Of a stretch of DNA of 64,000 nt, positions 37,250 through 52,199 are shown in pieces (the stretch's first letter is position 1; each line of letters opens with the position of its first letter). The notes below the pieces were generated by a model. The model saw only the letters and a program-made list of their open reading frames with translations, made no database searches and was not told the DNA's origin. Made by a program: the position numbers and the translations under genes. The stretch is from contig OX597823.1 of assembly GCA_951406725.2 (NCBI GenBank), positions 106,764,001-106,828,000 of the forward strand, in the 5' to 3' direction. This stretch comes from Octopus vulgaris (taxonomy: Eukaryota).

Positions 37250-37480
37250 GATCTTTTGAGAATGTTTATTGGTACATTGCTGTAGGTCTCATCCTTTCGT
37301 AGTCCAATAATTCTTTTCAAAGTATTAGGATGTTTTACAAATGCCTCCTTTCCATATCTTGCTCCCCACTCACCAAAAAATCCCGCGCTGCTTATATTAA
37401 TCAAACAGAAGTTAATTTTACTCACTGGTTTATTGTCCAGGTTGACTTATACTCTCCCATCGAGCGTGCCTTTTTTGTTG
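37250..37480 (-). pseudogene. Possible MULE transposase C-terminal relic
   Basis: KINFCLINISS...KHPNTLKRIIGLRKDE resembles the RTNN.LE..N...HPN...I..L..EE motif of Mutator-like transposases. Confidence 0.35.
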
Positions 37481-38748
37481 TTTTTTTAGAATAAGAAATT
37501 ACTGAAGATGAAGTCTCATATAACGAAATTATCATGGTCTTTCGTTGGTGTGCCATCAGTCTATTTTCTGCTCACTCATAATACTTCCTATTCACGTTTA
37601 ATCTTGACAAAAATTTTGCTGTTTGAAAATGTTTAAAATATAAACATTTACCTTGGTATTAATATTTTACTTCTAATTTTCTTTTTGCATAGAATAATAT
37701 ACACTTCTAAGCAAAATATCTTTCACATTTGCAGTCCCTTTGTGAGCTGACAATATCCCCAAACTGGAAACTGAATATGTATAACCAACCCTTTATTAGG
37801 AATCTGTACCTGACTTCTTTGACGCAAAAAAAAAAAAAATTGCTTAGAGAAATCTGGTTAAATTTCAAAGTGAAGTTAATGGAAACATAATTTTACTCTC
37901 ATATCACACATTTTGCACTGCTTCAGTGTACCAGAAACCTCATTCAGTTTTCTGTATCGTAATATATTGCCACATATTTGTAAATGTAGCAAATAAAGAA
38001 ATTTAGCTATTTTATTTTCTTCTAGCTATCTAGTCATTCATATACACACACATGCATATGTATGTATATATGTATGTATAAATGTATGTATGTATGCATG
38101 TATGTATGTATGTATGTATGTATGTATGTATGTATGTATGTATGTATGTATGTATGTATGTATGTATGTGTGTGTGTATGTATGTGCATGTGTATGTATG
38201 GATATATACACGCTCACACATATGTGATATATACGTATATACTCACAAACACACACAATAACATACATAAAAATTGATTGCAAAAAAGTATAATCGATAT
38301 TTTTTTTACTATATTCTGACGCGATTGCAATAAATATTTAAAAGACTTCATTCCAATTCCATCAGTAGAAATACTCTATTTGTTAACAATAATTTCAGTA
38401 GAGGCACCACAATGGCATTTACCATGGTAGGAATTATCACCATGTTATATATAAAGAAACTCACTTCAAAGTAAGACATATGCAGTATTGCTATGGTATA
38501 TTTCTGGAAGGTCGAACGAACTTTTAGAGGCTTTGCTCTTGTTGGTGTTATTGTTGGCCTAGTTGTCGTTGCTGCTTCTGCTATTGTTGTTGTTGCTGTT
38601 GTAGTTGGTGTTATTATTTTTCATGTGGTTTTTGTTATTATTTCTTCTGCTGTTGCTCTTCTTTCCGTTCACAAAAAAAAACTATCACTACTAATTCTTT
38701 TAGCATCAATATCGGCAACAGCAGCAACAGTGGCAATTTTTGTTGTTC

Positions 38749-38801
<53 letters not shown>

Positions 38802-39063
38802 GTAGTTGTTGTTGTTGTTGTTATAATCACCCCCCCTACATTATTTTCTCTATTTCATTAAATTATCGATCCTTCGTCCTCATAATCACTCTAATCTGCT
38901 GACCTCAATATGGATCCACTCTGATCGGATTAACGGTGTTACTTCTGGGACAGGAAATACTCTGACCACTCCTGTCTGTCCGTTAGTCGGCCTCTATATG
39001 TGTCAGTATGTCTGCCTCTCTATGGGAATACGTATTTAGCTGTGAGCATGTGTGTGTATGTGT

Positions 39064-39106
<43 letters not shown>

Positions 39107-39854
39107 CGTGCATTAAGTGTAGGTCAAGTATCATAACAACTGCTGATGTCTGTGTATGCGTGTGTGCACACGCGTATGTGTGTGTGAGTGATTATTTGTG
39201 TGTGTTAGTGGTTGTGTGTATGAAAGTATTTATCTATATAGTCCAGAGTGTACGCGTACATTTAAGAGTATATATGTACCTATATATATATGTGTGCATG
39301 TATACATGTCCGAGTGTGTGGATGTATTAGTGTGCATGTCTATGCGTATTTAAGAGTGTTATGAACCAACAGTTAATATTTTAACTGTAACGATATTAAC
39401 AATGATATGTCTTAAAATCCCACCTCGAAGTCCCAGAAGAATGACTAACCTGCTGGTGGGAAGTGAACCTCCGTTTGTAGGGGCAATCACGGTTCCTATT
39501 ACACTTCACACAGTTTCTCTATGTCCCTTCTCTCTCTCTCTCTCTCTTCTCTGTCTCTATTCCTCGCTGACTTTTCATCTCTTCTTCCTCTCTTTCTTTC
39601 TCTCTCCCGCACTCTTACTCTATCACTCTCTTTTCCATATTAGATATAAACGTATATCTATTTTCATTGAACTTTTAACCTCCACAATGTTCTCGTTTGC
39701 ATCACCGGAAATTCATCTGCAACTTAGCTCCGCAAAAGTTCTGGCATTCTATATGGGTGTATGTGCCTATGTGTATATATGTATGTGTGTGCGTGTATGT
39801 GTGTGTGTGTATATGTATGTGTATGTGTGTACGTGTATGTGTGTGTGTGTGTTC

Positions 39855-40075
39855 CTTTATTCTTTTACTTGTTTCACTCATTGCGGCAATGCTGGAGCAC
39901 AACCTTCAAAAGTTTTAGTCGAAGAAATCGAACCCAGGACTAATTCTATAAAAGCCTAGCACTTATTAAATCGGTTTCATTTGCCAAATCGCTAAGTACG
40001 GGGACGCAAACACACCAGCATTGGTTGTCAAGCGATGGTGGGGTGAGGGAAAAACACAGTCGCACACACACACAC

Positions 40076-40115
<40 letters not shown>

Positions 40116-40234
40116 ACTTATCGTTTGCCCTCATTTATAAGTTGTTTATAAATTTAACATTTAAAGTTATTTTTTAATATTCTGGGCATTGATAATTTTT
40201 TTTTTCGAAAAAATTTTATCCTACATTAAATATA

Positions 40235-40291
<57 letters not shown>

Positions 40292-40423
40292 GGCATTCTT
40301 CAGTTTCCGTCTACCAAATCCACTCACAAGGCTTTGGTCGGCCCGAGGCTATAATTGCCACGCAGGGGAACTGAACCCGGAACCATGTGCTTGGGGAGCA
40401 AGCTTCTTACTACGCAACCACAT
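39855..40423 (-). mobile_element. SINE family B with expanded or interrupted central microsatellite
   Basis: 3' half at 39855-40075 and 5' half at 40285-40423, both on the minus strand. Confidence 0.85.
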
Positions 40424-40789
40424 AGGTCATATCACGTAGCCGTGTTCTTATATTGTCCATTCAGAAGACATTCCACTTGTCTCACGTTATTGTTTATATT
40501 GTTGAGGATCATCTGTACCCATGTCTCCATTTACGGCTCAAAGTGTTAGGGAAGCTGGAGTGGCCTGAGGCGGGACTCAAAAGCTGTTTGGACTGAGCTG
40601 AAATCGCTACCTCTACCGCTACATTTACGTAGCACATACGTCTGTATGTGCACGCGCGCATGCGTGTGTGCATGTGTGTGTGTGTATGTGTGTGCGTGTG
40701 TGTGTGCATAAATTTATATATTAGTATATACATATACACATAAACTTACATGCTCATATATAGACAGGCTTAACTCAGTGAATTTCGCT

Positions 40790-40972
40790 TTGATTATTCC
40801 TAATTCTATATTTTCTCGTTTTTCTCACCATGCCATATTCTGAAAAAAGGAAAATGTTCGAAACGTCATCTTTAATTTTTTTTTCTGTTTCTTGGGTATG
40901 AAACTCATAATTTTGATCGGGAACTTATCCTGTTGGTGTTGTTCTAGGTTTTCTTGTTCTTACATTAACTTT
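40790..40972 (+). mobile_element. Diverged relative of the 32.8-kb Penelope-like fragment, hammerhead decayed
   Basis: CTGAAAAAAGGAAAATGTTCGAAACGTC at 40840-40867; same 3' end TTTTCTTGTT...ATTAACTTT. Confidence 0.5.
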
Positions 40973-41987
40973 ATTCAAATGCTTATACGTGCATAAGCCA
41001 TACATACTCACACATGTATAGACGCATACAGCGATATGTCTAAATACGCACAAACATAAATACATAAGTACATACATAATTATTCTTTTCTTTCACAAAC
41101 AGTCACATCAAGTTATATGCTTCCATGCATGCATACATACATACATGCATATATATACATACATACGTGTATGCATACATACATACATACAAATACTTGA
41201 AAACATGCGCATGAACATATGTACTTCCATATGTACTTACGCATACATGTATACATATATACATGTGTGAGCACTTAGATACTAGAAACATACATTCATG
41301 CATGCGTACATACATTGTACGAACATGCATAGTACGTACATCTATACGTGCATATATGCATGTCTTTAGATACATTCATACCTACATGCATATGTAGATA
41401 TGTACACACACACACACACATATATATATATACGCACGCAAACACACATGTACTAACATACATAGACATACTTAAAGAAAATGGCAGCTAAAAACACGTA
41501 TGTATGTAAGTAAGTAGATAGTAGGTAAAATAAGTCGGTAAGTAAGTAGTTTGGGTGGTGGTTAGTAGCTAGCTAGGTGGTACTGTAGGTAGAAGGATAC
41601 TAGAGTAGTAAAGTGGTGATGTAGTTGTGGCGTATATAGGTATATAGATACATTATTTATAGATATGAATATAGGATTCAAAACAACTTAAAATAATTCT
41701 CTTGAAAAGAGACTTCTGAAATATGCTGGAATCAGAGCTGAAATCAATAATTTTTCCTATCGAATTTAATCTTGTGATGATAGCCAATTAGAAAAAAATT
41801 TCATTTCCCGACAGATATATATGACCTGCTTGCAGGAATAATGAAAAAAAAAAAAAATGAAAAAAAGAAAGAAAAACAAAGAAAAATAAATAAATAAACG
41901 AATAAAATAAATGGCATGGACCAATTTCCCTCCTACTTAGTTACTTCGTCTTACTAATTCACTTGTCTAGGCCGTCTATCTATCTAC

Positions 41988-42075
<88 letters not shown>

Positions 42076-42236
42076 ATATCTGTTTCTCTGTATGTCCGCT
42101 GTCTGTCTTACTGTCTATCTCATACAGCTTGCTTTTATAAATTCTCGTCCTCTCTCATACACACATACATGCATGCACACAGACAGACATACACGTACGC
42201 ACTCACATACATGTTTGTGCTTTCGTGTGTATACAA

Positions 42237-42270
<34 letters not shown>

Positions 42271-42325
42271 ACTTAACTTCGCACATATACGCATCTGATT
42301 CAAGAAATATGTCTGTACACACATG

Positions 42326-42450
42326 TGAAGGCGTATGACCTAGTGGTAAGGGTGCTGGGACCCTCATCATAAGGTTGTGTGTTCGATTCCTGGATCAGGC
42401 TGCGAATTGTATCCTTGGCAAGACATGTTATTTCGTTTTGCTCCGGTCTT
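42326..42450 (+). mobile_element. SINE family D head, diverged
   Basis: TGAAGGCGTATGACCTAGTGGTAAGGGTG...GTTCGATTCCTGGA...TTGTATCCTTGGCAAGACA...TTGCTCC. Confidence 0.7.
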
Positions 42451-42966
42451 CTTATTTGTCAAAGAGTACTAGTCGCGTGCTGTTGCAGGTTCGCTCCCTC
42501 CAGCAGCCGCATCCTTGACATTTCGACGCTGGCTGAAGGGTGGGGATTCGCTGCGCTGTTGCAACTGTATATTATATAAGAGTTACCCTAAAACAATTAC
42601 CGAAAACTTGCTACAAACTGCAATGTCATGCTCCCTTCAGAATGATGGCTATACGTACATGTATGTGTAAGAAAATGTGTGTACGTATATAAATACATTA
42701 TATATATATATATATACATGCATGACTGTATGCTTTTGAATACATGGATCTATATGTATGCGTGTGTGTTTAGGAGTAGTTACACATGCGTATGTTTAAT
42801 GTGCACATCAGAAGCTACGTATACAAACAGCTTTTATTTTAATTAGGTATTATTAAATATAATATATTTAAAAGCATATTAAAAATAATAATGGTCTGGT
42901 TTCAATACAACTATGCTCCAGCTGGCCTGGAAATAAACTTCAATTGACTTATGTCTCCTCTTGTTG

Positions 42967-42997
<31 letters not shown>

Positions 42998-43478
42998 ATC
43001 CCTCTCTTTCTCTTTCTCTCTCACTCTTTCTCTCTCTCTCACTCTCACTCTCTCTTCCTATATCTCAATGAGCTCAACGACTGATTGGCCAAGCCTTTAT
43101 GCTAAGTTCAGTAGGACTTTATTGTAAAGACTCTTGAATGGTAAGCAGCAGAGTAGATGCATATAAGACTTGAACTCATCCCTGATATTCTGTTGCGCCC
43201 GTTACTCTGATTAACACATCTATCTGCTATTGACGGACTTCGCATACGCGAGTAAAAGAATCAAAATTAATACTAATTGAGTCAACGAGCGAGACCAAGA
43301 GCAAGCAACCCCTTCCCAAATCACATTCTACTGTCTTTATAAAATTAAATGACACTTTGCAGCATTTGCAGATTAAATTGACCATACCTCTAAACTAATG
43401 ATACATCTATGTGGTCATTCAAGGAGTTAGAAATAGCAACCAAACGCTATTTCCGAGCAGTTAGAAATAGCAACCAAA

Positions 43479-43715
43479 TTAAGGCACCGACTTGGCAGAA
43501 TCGTTAGCACGCCGGGCAAAATGCTTAGCGGTATTTCGTCTGCTGCTACGTTCTGAGTTCAAATTCTGCCGAGGTCGACTTTGCCTTTCATCCTTTCGGG
43601 GTCGATAAATTAAGTACCAGTTACGCACTGGGGTCGATGTAAAATCGACTTAATCCGTTTGTCTGTCCTTGTTCGTCCCCTCTGTGTTTAGCCCCTTGTG
43701 TGCAATAAAGAAATA
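43479..43715 (+). mobile_element. Young SINE family A with 16-bp TSD
   Basis: AGAAATAGCAACCAAA at 43463-43478 and 43716-43731. Confidence 0.95.
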
Positions 43716-44966
43716 AGAAATAGCAACCAAAGTACCCACTTTCTATTGTATCTTCTACATTCTCTACCAGTGTCGTTTTCAATATTTGTTTAATGTATTG
43801 TGTTTAATAACACAGGGTTGAAATGAACTGTTTACAATACATAAACGCAGGTATACGCAGCAGCGATGAAGAAAGGTGTGGTAGTCTCAACTAGAGCAAC
43901 CTTGGGTATAGCCCTGTTGAAACTAGATTAACTTAAAGCTAAAGAAAGGCAACAAAACGATTGGTTATTATGAATGTATTTTCTGGTTTCTGAAAGGAAA
44001 AGTTAGTCAACAGCCAAAAATTGAGGGAAACTAAAAGAGAAACCGAAACATGATCGTTCCCAAGATCTTCGATTTAGAACTGGAAGAAGAAGAAGGAAAG
44101 GACAAAAGAAATAAAAAGAAAAGAAAGCTGATTACAATAAACGCAGGCAGACCCAGTGAGGAAGTATTGGTATGCTAGATGAATATGCTAAAAATAGTAA
44201 CCAAATATCTCTCAAACCACATCACACGACCTAAGAAAAAGGAAAACATATTCGATTATGGAAACCCGAGAAAACTCTAAAAAGACGTTATTGTCATGGT
44301 TGGATTGTCTTTCAGATTATGTCTGCTCGATCTGAATCTATGATGGCTAAAACAACGAGAATGGCAACAGGTCTCATACAGTAATACACTGAATAAACAA
44401 AATGATCGAGGAACAAACTCTGTGAGTTGTTGTCTGCAGGATCAGGCCTGACCTAGGGTTAAATAACAACAGCAACAACAAAAATAACAAACAGAGAGAA
44501 AAAATACGAACTTTGTGGTCATGGAAGGAAGGTCTTGCTTACTTATGTCTTCTGAAGAAAAACTGACCTGCGGATGAAGAAGAACTGTTATCAGGAAACA
44601 AGATGTACAAAGACCATGGGTGATTTGACAGATGGAGAATATGGATGGAAATTCATAGAAAACAATATATATGTATATAGATTGATGCACACGCGCGTGT
44701 GCATGCATATCTTAATTTGGTCCAACAAGTCTCTTCCTAATCTGAGTTTCCCCTGAAGACCCTGTGTACCCACATAAGAAATTCAGACTAGAAAGGGACC
44801 AACTCAAATCAAAATAGAATGTATTATTAATCCCAATTATGATATTGACTTCACTTGTTTCCTATAGTGAAGATTAAACGGGTATGTGTGTATGTGTGTG
44901 CGTGTGTGAGTATGTGTATGTGTTATGTGTGTGAGTGTACAGAAATAGGCAGATAGAAAAATATAA

Positions 44967-45362
44967 GGAGTGGTTGTGTGGTAAGTAGCTTGCTAACCAA
45001 CCACATGGTTCCGGGTTCAGTCCCACTGCGTGGCATCTTGGGCAAGTGTCTTCTGCTATAGCCCCGGGCCGACCAATGCCTTGTGAGTGGATTTGGTAGA
45101 CGGAAACTGAAAGAAGCCTGTCGTATATATGTATATGTATATATATGTATGTGTGTTTGTGTGTCAGTGTTTGTCTCCCTAGCATTGCTTGACAACCGAT
45201 GCTGGTGTGTTTACGTCCCCGTCACCTAGCGGTTCGGCAAAAGAGACCGATAGAATAAGTACTGGGCTTACAAAGAATAAGTCCCGGAGTCGATTTTCTC
45301 GACTAAAGGCGGTGCTCCAGCATGGCCGCAGTCAAATGACTGAAACAAGTAAAAGAGTAAAA
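44967..45362 (+). mobile_element. SINE family B, near full length
   Basis: High identity to 13292-13696. Confidence 0.9.
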
Positions 45363-45851
45363 GGGAGATATGTATACTTCAATGGATAAAAACGTGTAGT
45401 TGAACATATGGAGATGGGTATGTCAGCGCAAGGCTTTTCGAAAAAATGTTTCAAAAGTGAAAAATAGAACCACGGTACCAACGAAAAGTATATCAACCTA
45501 CGTGCATATGGTGCCTGCTTTACTAATACATGCCTTATCTTACACATTACAATATCTTTGGCGTCTCTCCTCCTCTTCCAAGTGAAATACTCACAGACGT
45601 ATGCATGTATATACGTATGTATGTGTGTGTGTATGTATGTATGTATGTATGTATGAATGTATATGTGTGTGTGTATGTATGTATGAATGTATATGTGTAT
45701 GTATGTATGTATGTATGTATGTATGTATGAATGTATATGTGTGTGTATGTATGTATGTATGTATGTATGTGTGTATGCATGTATGTATGTGTGTATGTAT
45801 GTATGTATGTATGTACGTATACACTTGCGCACACATATATATCATATCTGT

Positions 45852-45893
<42 letters not shown>

Positions 45894-46246
45894 ATAAGAA
45901 ATATATATATTTATATCAAATAATTTTATAATTTTATACACATGTATCTGCACGCATAGACACCCACACATATTTGTAAGTATATACATACGCGTGCGTG
46001 CATGTGCGTGTCTGTGTAATACACACACACACACACAGATAATATTCTGAGATACATGTGTACATATGTATGTATATATGTGTATACGCATACCTATACC
46101 ATATATGTGCGTACGCATGAACGTATGTACGTATAAATGTACATACGTATTTTATGTATGCATGTATGTATGTACGTATGTATCTGTGTATGTACGTACG
46201 TACGTATGTATGTGTATGTATGTATGTATGTATGTATGTATGTATG

Positions 46247-46277
<31 letters not shown>

Positions 46278-46608
46278 TCGCCTACACCTGTATGTGCTTC
46301 TTCGTTAAGATTCGTTAATTTAAGTTAGTGTATATTTGAAAACGTAAACATTTATGCGTGTATAGCCGTGTTCCGTGATAAAAATATTTAGAAATATTCT
46401 AACGATTATACATTGTTGTATATTTGTGATTATGTGCGTGTATGTATGTATGCATGTATGTCTGTCTGTCTGTCTGTCTGTATGTATGTATGTGTATATG
46501 TATGCAAGTGTGTATGTATGTACAATCATACATACATATATATTTACTCATATAAGTGTGACGAATTTCTATATCTAAATGTATGTATGTATCTATCTAT
46601 CTATATCT

Positions 46609-46687
<79 letters not shown>

Positions 46688-46857
46688 GATAGATAGATAG
46701 ATAGATAGATACAAAGATGTAAAAACAGATATATGTATATGCACATGAACGCACGTACACAAAAACACACGTGTATATGCATATACATATATATATATAC
46801 ATACACACACCACAAACATACATACATATACATATACATACATATACATATATACAT

Positions 46858-46918
<61 letters not shown>

Positions 46919-47243
46919 CATATATATATGAGTATATTTCTACATGAATTTCGCTATAAGTTTTCATATATGTATTTAGGCGTCTCGATATTCGGTTTGA
47001 CAGGTGTATTGATTTCTATGAAGTAAATCAATTCACACGCGTCTATACATGAAGGCTTAAGATTCATACATTATGACACGCATACACATAAAAGTCTACA
47101 TACATCAATATACATATATATATATATACACTCATATACAAATATATGTTTACTCAAATACACTTGCACCATTCACGCACGTTTATATATGAACAAATTG
47201 AACAAATATACAAATGTATGTTGACAAGTATATATAAATATGA

Positions 47244-47332
<89 letters not shown>

Positions 47333-47527
47333 CATATATATATATCTGTGTGTGTATGTCTATAAGATAGATAGAGATAGAGAGACAGACAGACAGATAG
47401 GTATAGATATATATATATGTGCGTGCATGCATACTGTGTATATCCATATTGATGTATATTTATATATGATATATGTGTATACAAAAACAAGTATGTATTT
47501 GTATATCCACTCGCATATGCATATATT

Positions 47528-47577
<50 letters not shown>

Positions 47578-47966
47578 CGTGCGTGCGTATGAGTGTGTGT
47601 GAGAGTATTTGTATCCGTGTTTGCGTGAGTCGTAGAATATGCCTCTTCGCCCATTTTAATATTGTGAGTAGAGGCTTTGACGTTGTTTCGTATATTTCAA
47701 AGGCGCGCACTTGTTTGTATGTATATGTACACACACACACACGTGTGTATATATGCATGTATATCTATGTATATATATTTGTTGGTGTGTGTGTATGTGT
47801 GTATGTAAGTGTGCGTTTATGTGTGTATGCATATGCGTAAATACAGAAATAAGTGCAAGAACATAACATACGTGCTTTTGCCACCTTTCTTTCCATATAT
47901 ATATATGTGTGTGCGTATATGAATTAATATATATGTAATACATGTGTGTCCGTATGCATAGATATG

Positions 47967-48033
<67 letters not shown>

Positions 48034-48518
48034 TCATATATATATACACATATACATATATACATATATATATATATATACATACATATATGTACATACA
48101 TACATACACACACACATACATGAATTTGTTGTTATGTATCTAAGACATGAGCATATATGTTTGTGTGTGATGTGTATGGATGTAAGAAAGCATCAATATA
48201 TAAGCATATATTTCCTTCGTGTGTGTGTGTGTGTATGTGTGTGTGTGTTTGTCTGCTTCTTTATATTTAGGTTACTGTTTCGCAGTGCAGTTTCGTGAGT
48301 GTGTGTATATGTGTTACTGAAGTTGTATGTCTATATGTGCACACTTTTGTGCATGCATATCATTTCTCTGCACAGTTGTACATGTATACTGTGTATGCGT
48401 CAGAACACTTGTTTTCATATATGCGTATCTTTCTGTGCTTATGTGTATATACGTGCATACACTCCCCATCCTACACGTGTGTGTATATATATATACATAT
48501 ATATATATACATGCACAT

Positions 48519-48555
<37 letters not shown>

Positions 48556-49114
48556 CGCACATTTACATATGCTCACTTACATATACATATATATCTATAC
48601 ACGTGACATGTAAAGATGTACACACACATATGAGAAAAGAAAGAAAGAGAATTACATACATAGGTGCTTCTGGTTCTGAGTAATTATGTATGCACGAGTG
48701 TATATGTGTATATGAATTCATAATCGTATATGTGTGTGTAATTAATTATATATATCTATGTACGCAAATGTCTATGTATACCAGTGTGTTTGAGTGCGTA
48801 GGTGTATTTTTCTTTTTTGCAAGATTGCTAGAATGAGATACATTCCGACATTATTAGCTTTATAGCTCCGATCTCACGATGGCTGTTTCAATTGTTGGAG
48901 AACACTTAGTGAAAAGGTCAGACTTTAAGAGAAATAAATGAAGTCTAAAACTCAGAGTTTTACTGAAATAATTAGATATATTGATTTCTTTATAGCTATT
49001 TTGGGTGAATTCCTTGGCGAAATTTAGAACCTACTTTTGCAGACTAGGATGTATTGACTTGATGGAAACTTTCGAATGATGATACGCTGGAGATAGATCT
49101 TCACAACACATCAC

Positions 49115-49490
49115 ATACTAGAGTTGCACAAAATAAATGGAAATTATATTATTTAATATGTTGTTCGTCCGCTTTTGGCATCAATCAGAGCATTAATATG
49201 TCGAAGAATTAACTCGTATAGGTTCTAACTAGTTATTAGAGGAATTTTGAGCCATTTTCCAAGTAAACCTGCTGTAGCTTTTGCAACGACGATGGGTGGA
49301 TGGAAGTGGTACCTCACTGGCTGTTCCAAAATATGTCGGAAATGTTCGATTTTAGTGCGATCTGGCGATTGTGAGGGCCAATTCAAGTGATATACTTTAC
49401 TTTTGGGCTCTTCGTATGAATCGTCGCGTTAACATCCTGGAAATCTGTGTATCCATAAAGGAGCAATAGGATGGTACGAACATTTCTTTG
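49115..49490 (-). pseudogene. Tc1-like transposase C-terminal relic with probable right end
   Basis: FQDVNATIHT...LNWPSQSPDRTKIEH...WLKIPL...NLYELILRHINALIDAKSGRTTY* matches the Tc1 QDDNAP.H, WP.QSPDLN.IE and KGG.T.Y motifs. Confidence 0.8.
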
Positions 49491-49659
49491 AATACTTTAG
49501 GAGAAGTACACGAATGACTGTGCATTTAAAATGTTCACTTCGTACCTTGAACAAGTTTCTTCTTCTATAATTCCGGACCGACCAATGCCTTCTGAAGGAA
49601 TTTATCTGATGAAAGCTGTATCGAAGATTGTCGTTGTCATACATATGGGATATATATAT

Positions 49660-49880
49660 ATATTCCTTTATTCCTTTATTTGTTTCAGTCATTTGACTAC
49701 GACCATACTGGAGCACCGCCTTTAGTCGAACAAATTGCCCCCAGGACTTATTCTTTGTAAGCGTAGCACTTATTCTATCGGTCTCCTCTGCCTAACCGCT
49801 AAATTACGTGGACTTAACACACCAACATCGGTTGTCAAGCGATGGTGGGGGACAGACAGAGACACACAAACACACAGACA
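49660..49880 (-). mobile_element. SINE family B 3' half
   Basis: TTGTTTCAGTCATTTGACT...GGAGCACCGCCTTTAGTCGA...CATCGGTTGTCAAGCGATGG. Confidence 0.85.
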
Positions 49881-49902
49881 CATATATACATATATTTATA
49901 TG

Positions 49903-49947
<45 letters not shown>

Positions 49948-50840
49948 CAAAATGAAGTTATATATATATATATGTATGTATATATGTATGTATATTTGTG
50001 CGTGTGTATGTGTATAAGTATTTGACAGCCAGTGTCGGATTGGTCACGTCTCCGTAATCTAGTCGTTCGTCAAAAAACGATAGCATAAGAGCCACATTTA
50101 TTGCCAATAACCTTTTACAAGGCGTACCTCATAACTGATGAAATTGCTGCGGACAAACAATTATCTGTAGGAATTTTGAATATGCCTGCTACTTATTGTA
50201 ATGTGCCTTAAGTATTCAAAGTAAAATGTAGGAGGTGAGGTTTGAATTCAGAAATGATTGCGATTATGAAAGTATATAACTACAATTATTGAAAACGTTT
50301 CATCTATTCCAAAGATCTTCCTAATGATGCTGTGTAAACTGATGACTTTCACATTGAGAAAACACCTTAGATTTATGAAAAATAAAAAGGTTGGGAAATA
50401 ATCAACCCTTCCTTGGAGTTATTACGCCCAAAACAGTTTGGCCGCAAAAGGTAATTTTTAAAAAAGTAATCTACATTGTGCGAGACAACATGAAAACAGA
50501 AATTAAGATTAAAAGCAAACTTTTTTCATAATTGCTAATTATACAAAAAAGCAACTGTTTTCATAATCGCTAGTTTCAGTCAGAGTTGAACTCGGAATGA
50601 AACTAGCAGCCATGACTGAAGAGAAAGAATTTTGTCGATTCAGTAACGATAAGTCTCTGCTATAATTAAAAAGAGAAACGGGATTCACTAACAAAGCAGT
50701 GTTGTATAGTTTTGGCAGAAATTCTGAGAGATTCTTACAGACAACATAGTTACTTACAGTTCATGAAAATTTAAATCCAACCTGATAGGGATAATATCAT
50801 TAATCACTTACTAAACACTGTAAAGTAGTTGATATAAATA

Positions 50841-51050
50841 CCTATTTCTTTACTACCCACAAGGAGCAAAACACAGAAGGGACAAACCAGGACAGACAAA
50901 CGGATTAAGTCTATTACATCAATCCCCGTGCGTAACTTGTACTTATTTAATCGACCCCGAAAGGATGAAAGGCAAAGTCGACCTCGGCGAAATTTGAACT
51001 CAGAACGTAACAGCAGACGAAAAACCGCTAAGCATTTCGCCCGGCGTGCT
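50841..51050 (-). mobile_element. SINE family A, slightly 5'-truncated, 18-bp TSD
   Basis: AAGTAGTTGATATAAATA at 50823-50840 and 51051-51068. Confidence 0.95.
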
Positions 51051-51115
51051 AAGTAGTTGATATAAATAGCACCACACAAAAGATATCACCACACTCAAAC
51101 ATCGAATGTACTCAC

Positions 51116-51173
51116 CTTGAAGCAATTGTACGTTAATCCGTGGGCAAATCCTTACAGATATTGAAAATAACAC
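51116..51173 (-). other. Candidate 58-nt exon
   Basis: Consensus branch site TACTAAC (51208-51202), T9 tract, uncommon GAG acceptor, consensus donor AAG|GTGAGT; one open frame, VLFSISVRICPRINVQLLQ. Confidence 0.3.
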
Positions 51174-52199
51174 CTCGGTATGAAAAAAAAAGTATCTGCA
51201 TGTTAGTACCTTTAGCTGTTACTGGAATACTTGATGTTGTTTAACCCCAGGTTAGCTTTGACCTGGGGTTATTACTTTCTGTGTTCTGCGCAAGGGTTTC
51301 TATGAATAAACGTGTAAAACAATCGTGTGAAAAATATTCGACTGATATTTTCAACAGACCAAGCGACAAAGTCCACTTGGGAATCGATGGCTTGCACATT
51401 ATACAGCATTGTGGAGGTTGTCTGACACTTTAAGGACACATACATGCACAGTTGACAAAAATACGGTTGCGTGGTTTGCAGTTTCTTTCGCAAACACACG
51501 GATTTGTTATCGATCCACTGCATGTTACCTTGCACCAGTGTTTGTTACCAGTGCCGTGTATCGACCAAAGTCATGTGGGTAACATTTCTTTGACATAATG
51601 TGTAAGAAAGTTTTTCGGAAAGAGGTTTTTATTTAGTTTTGGTGTTTTTGTTTAGTCATCGATCAGCCCTGGTTGAACAGACTTATTAAGACATTTCAGC
51701 CATGGCGAGGCCGTCGATTTGTATAAGTGAATTACATTTAGCAATGTTTTCTTCTTTCTTGATGGCGATATGGTTCAAACAGATTGATTCTGGTTCTTAC
51801 TTCTAGCAAATACAGCGACTCACTTTTGAACGGTAGATAGCGTTAATCGGTGACCTGGTATAACACAACCACAAAACTACCATTGGAAACAGATCTCTGG
51901 TATAATGATAATTTCCTTACTTCTTCTCAGAAGTCAAAGGGACCTTGAAAAGGCTTATGACATTTGTTCTTGTCCTCCAAACCACGCGCTCGTGCGTGCA
52001 CGCGCTCATACACACACAAACACATATATACATGCATACGCACATACATATACACATACGTAAAGAGATGGTACCGTCAACATCGGACGTGCATGCACAG
52101 AGAACCGTTTTAAAATGATGCCCTTTTGAGCATTTTCTATTGTAAAAACACTGATTTCTCCACTGCAGGTGACTGTTTTATTTCTTGTTATAAACAAGA

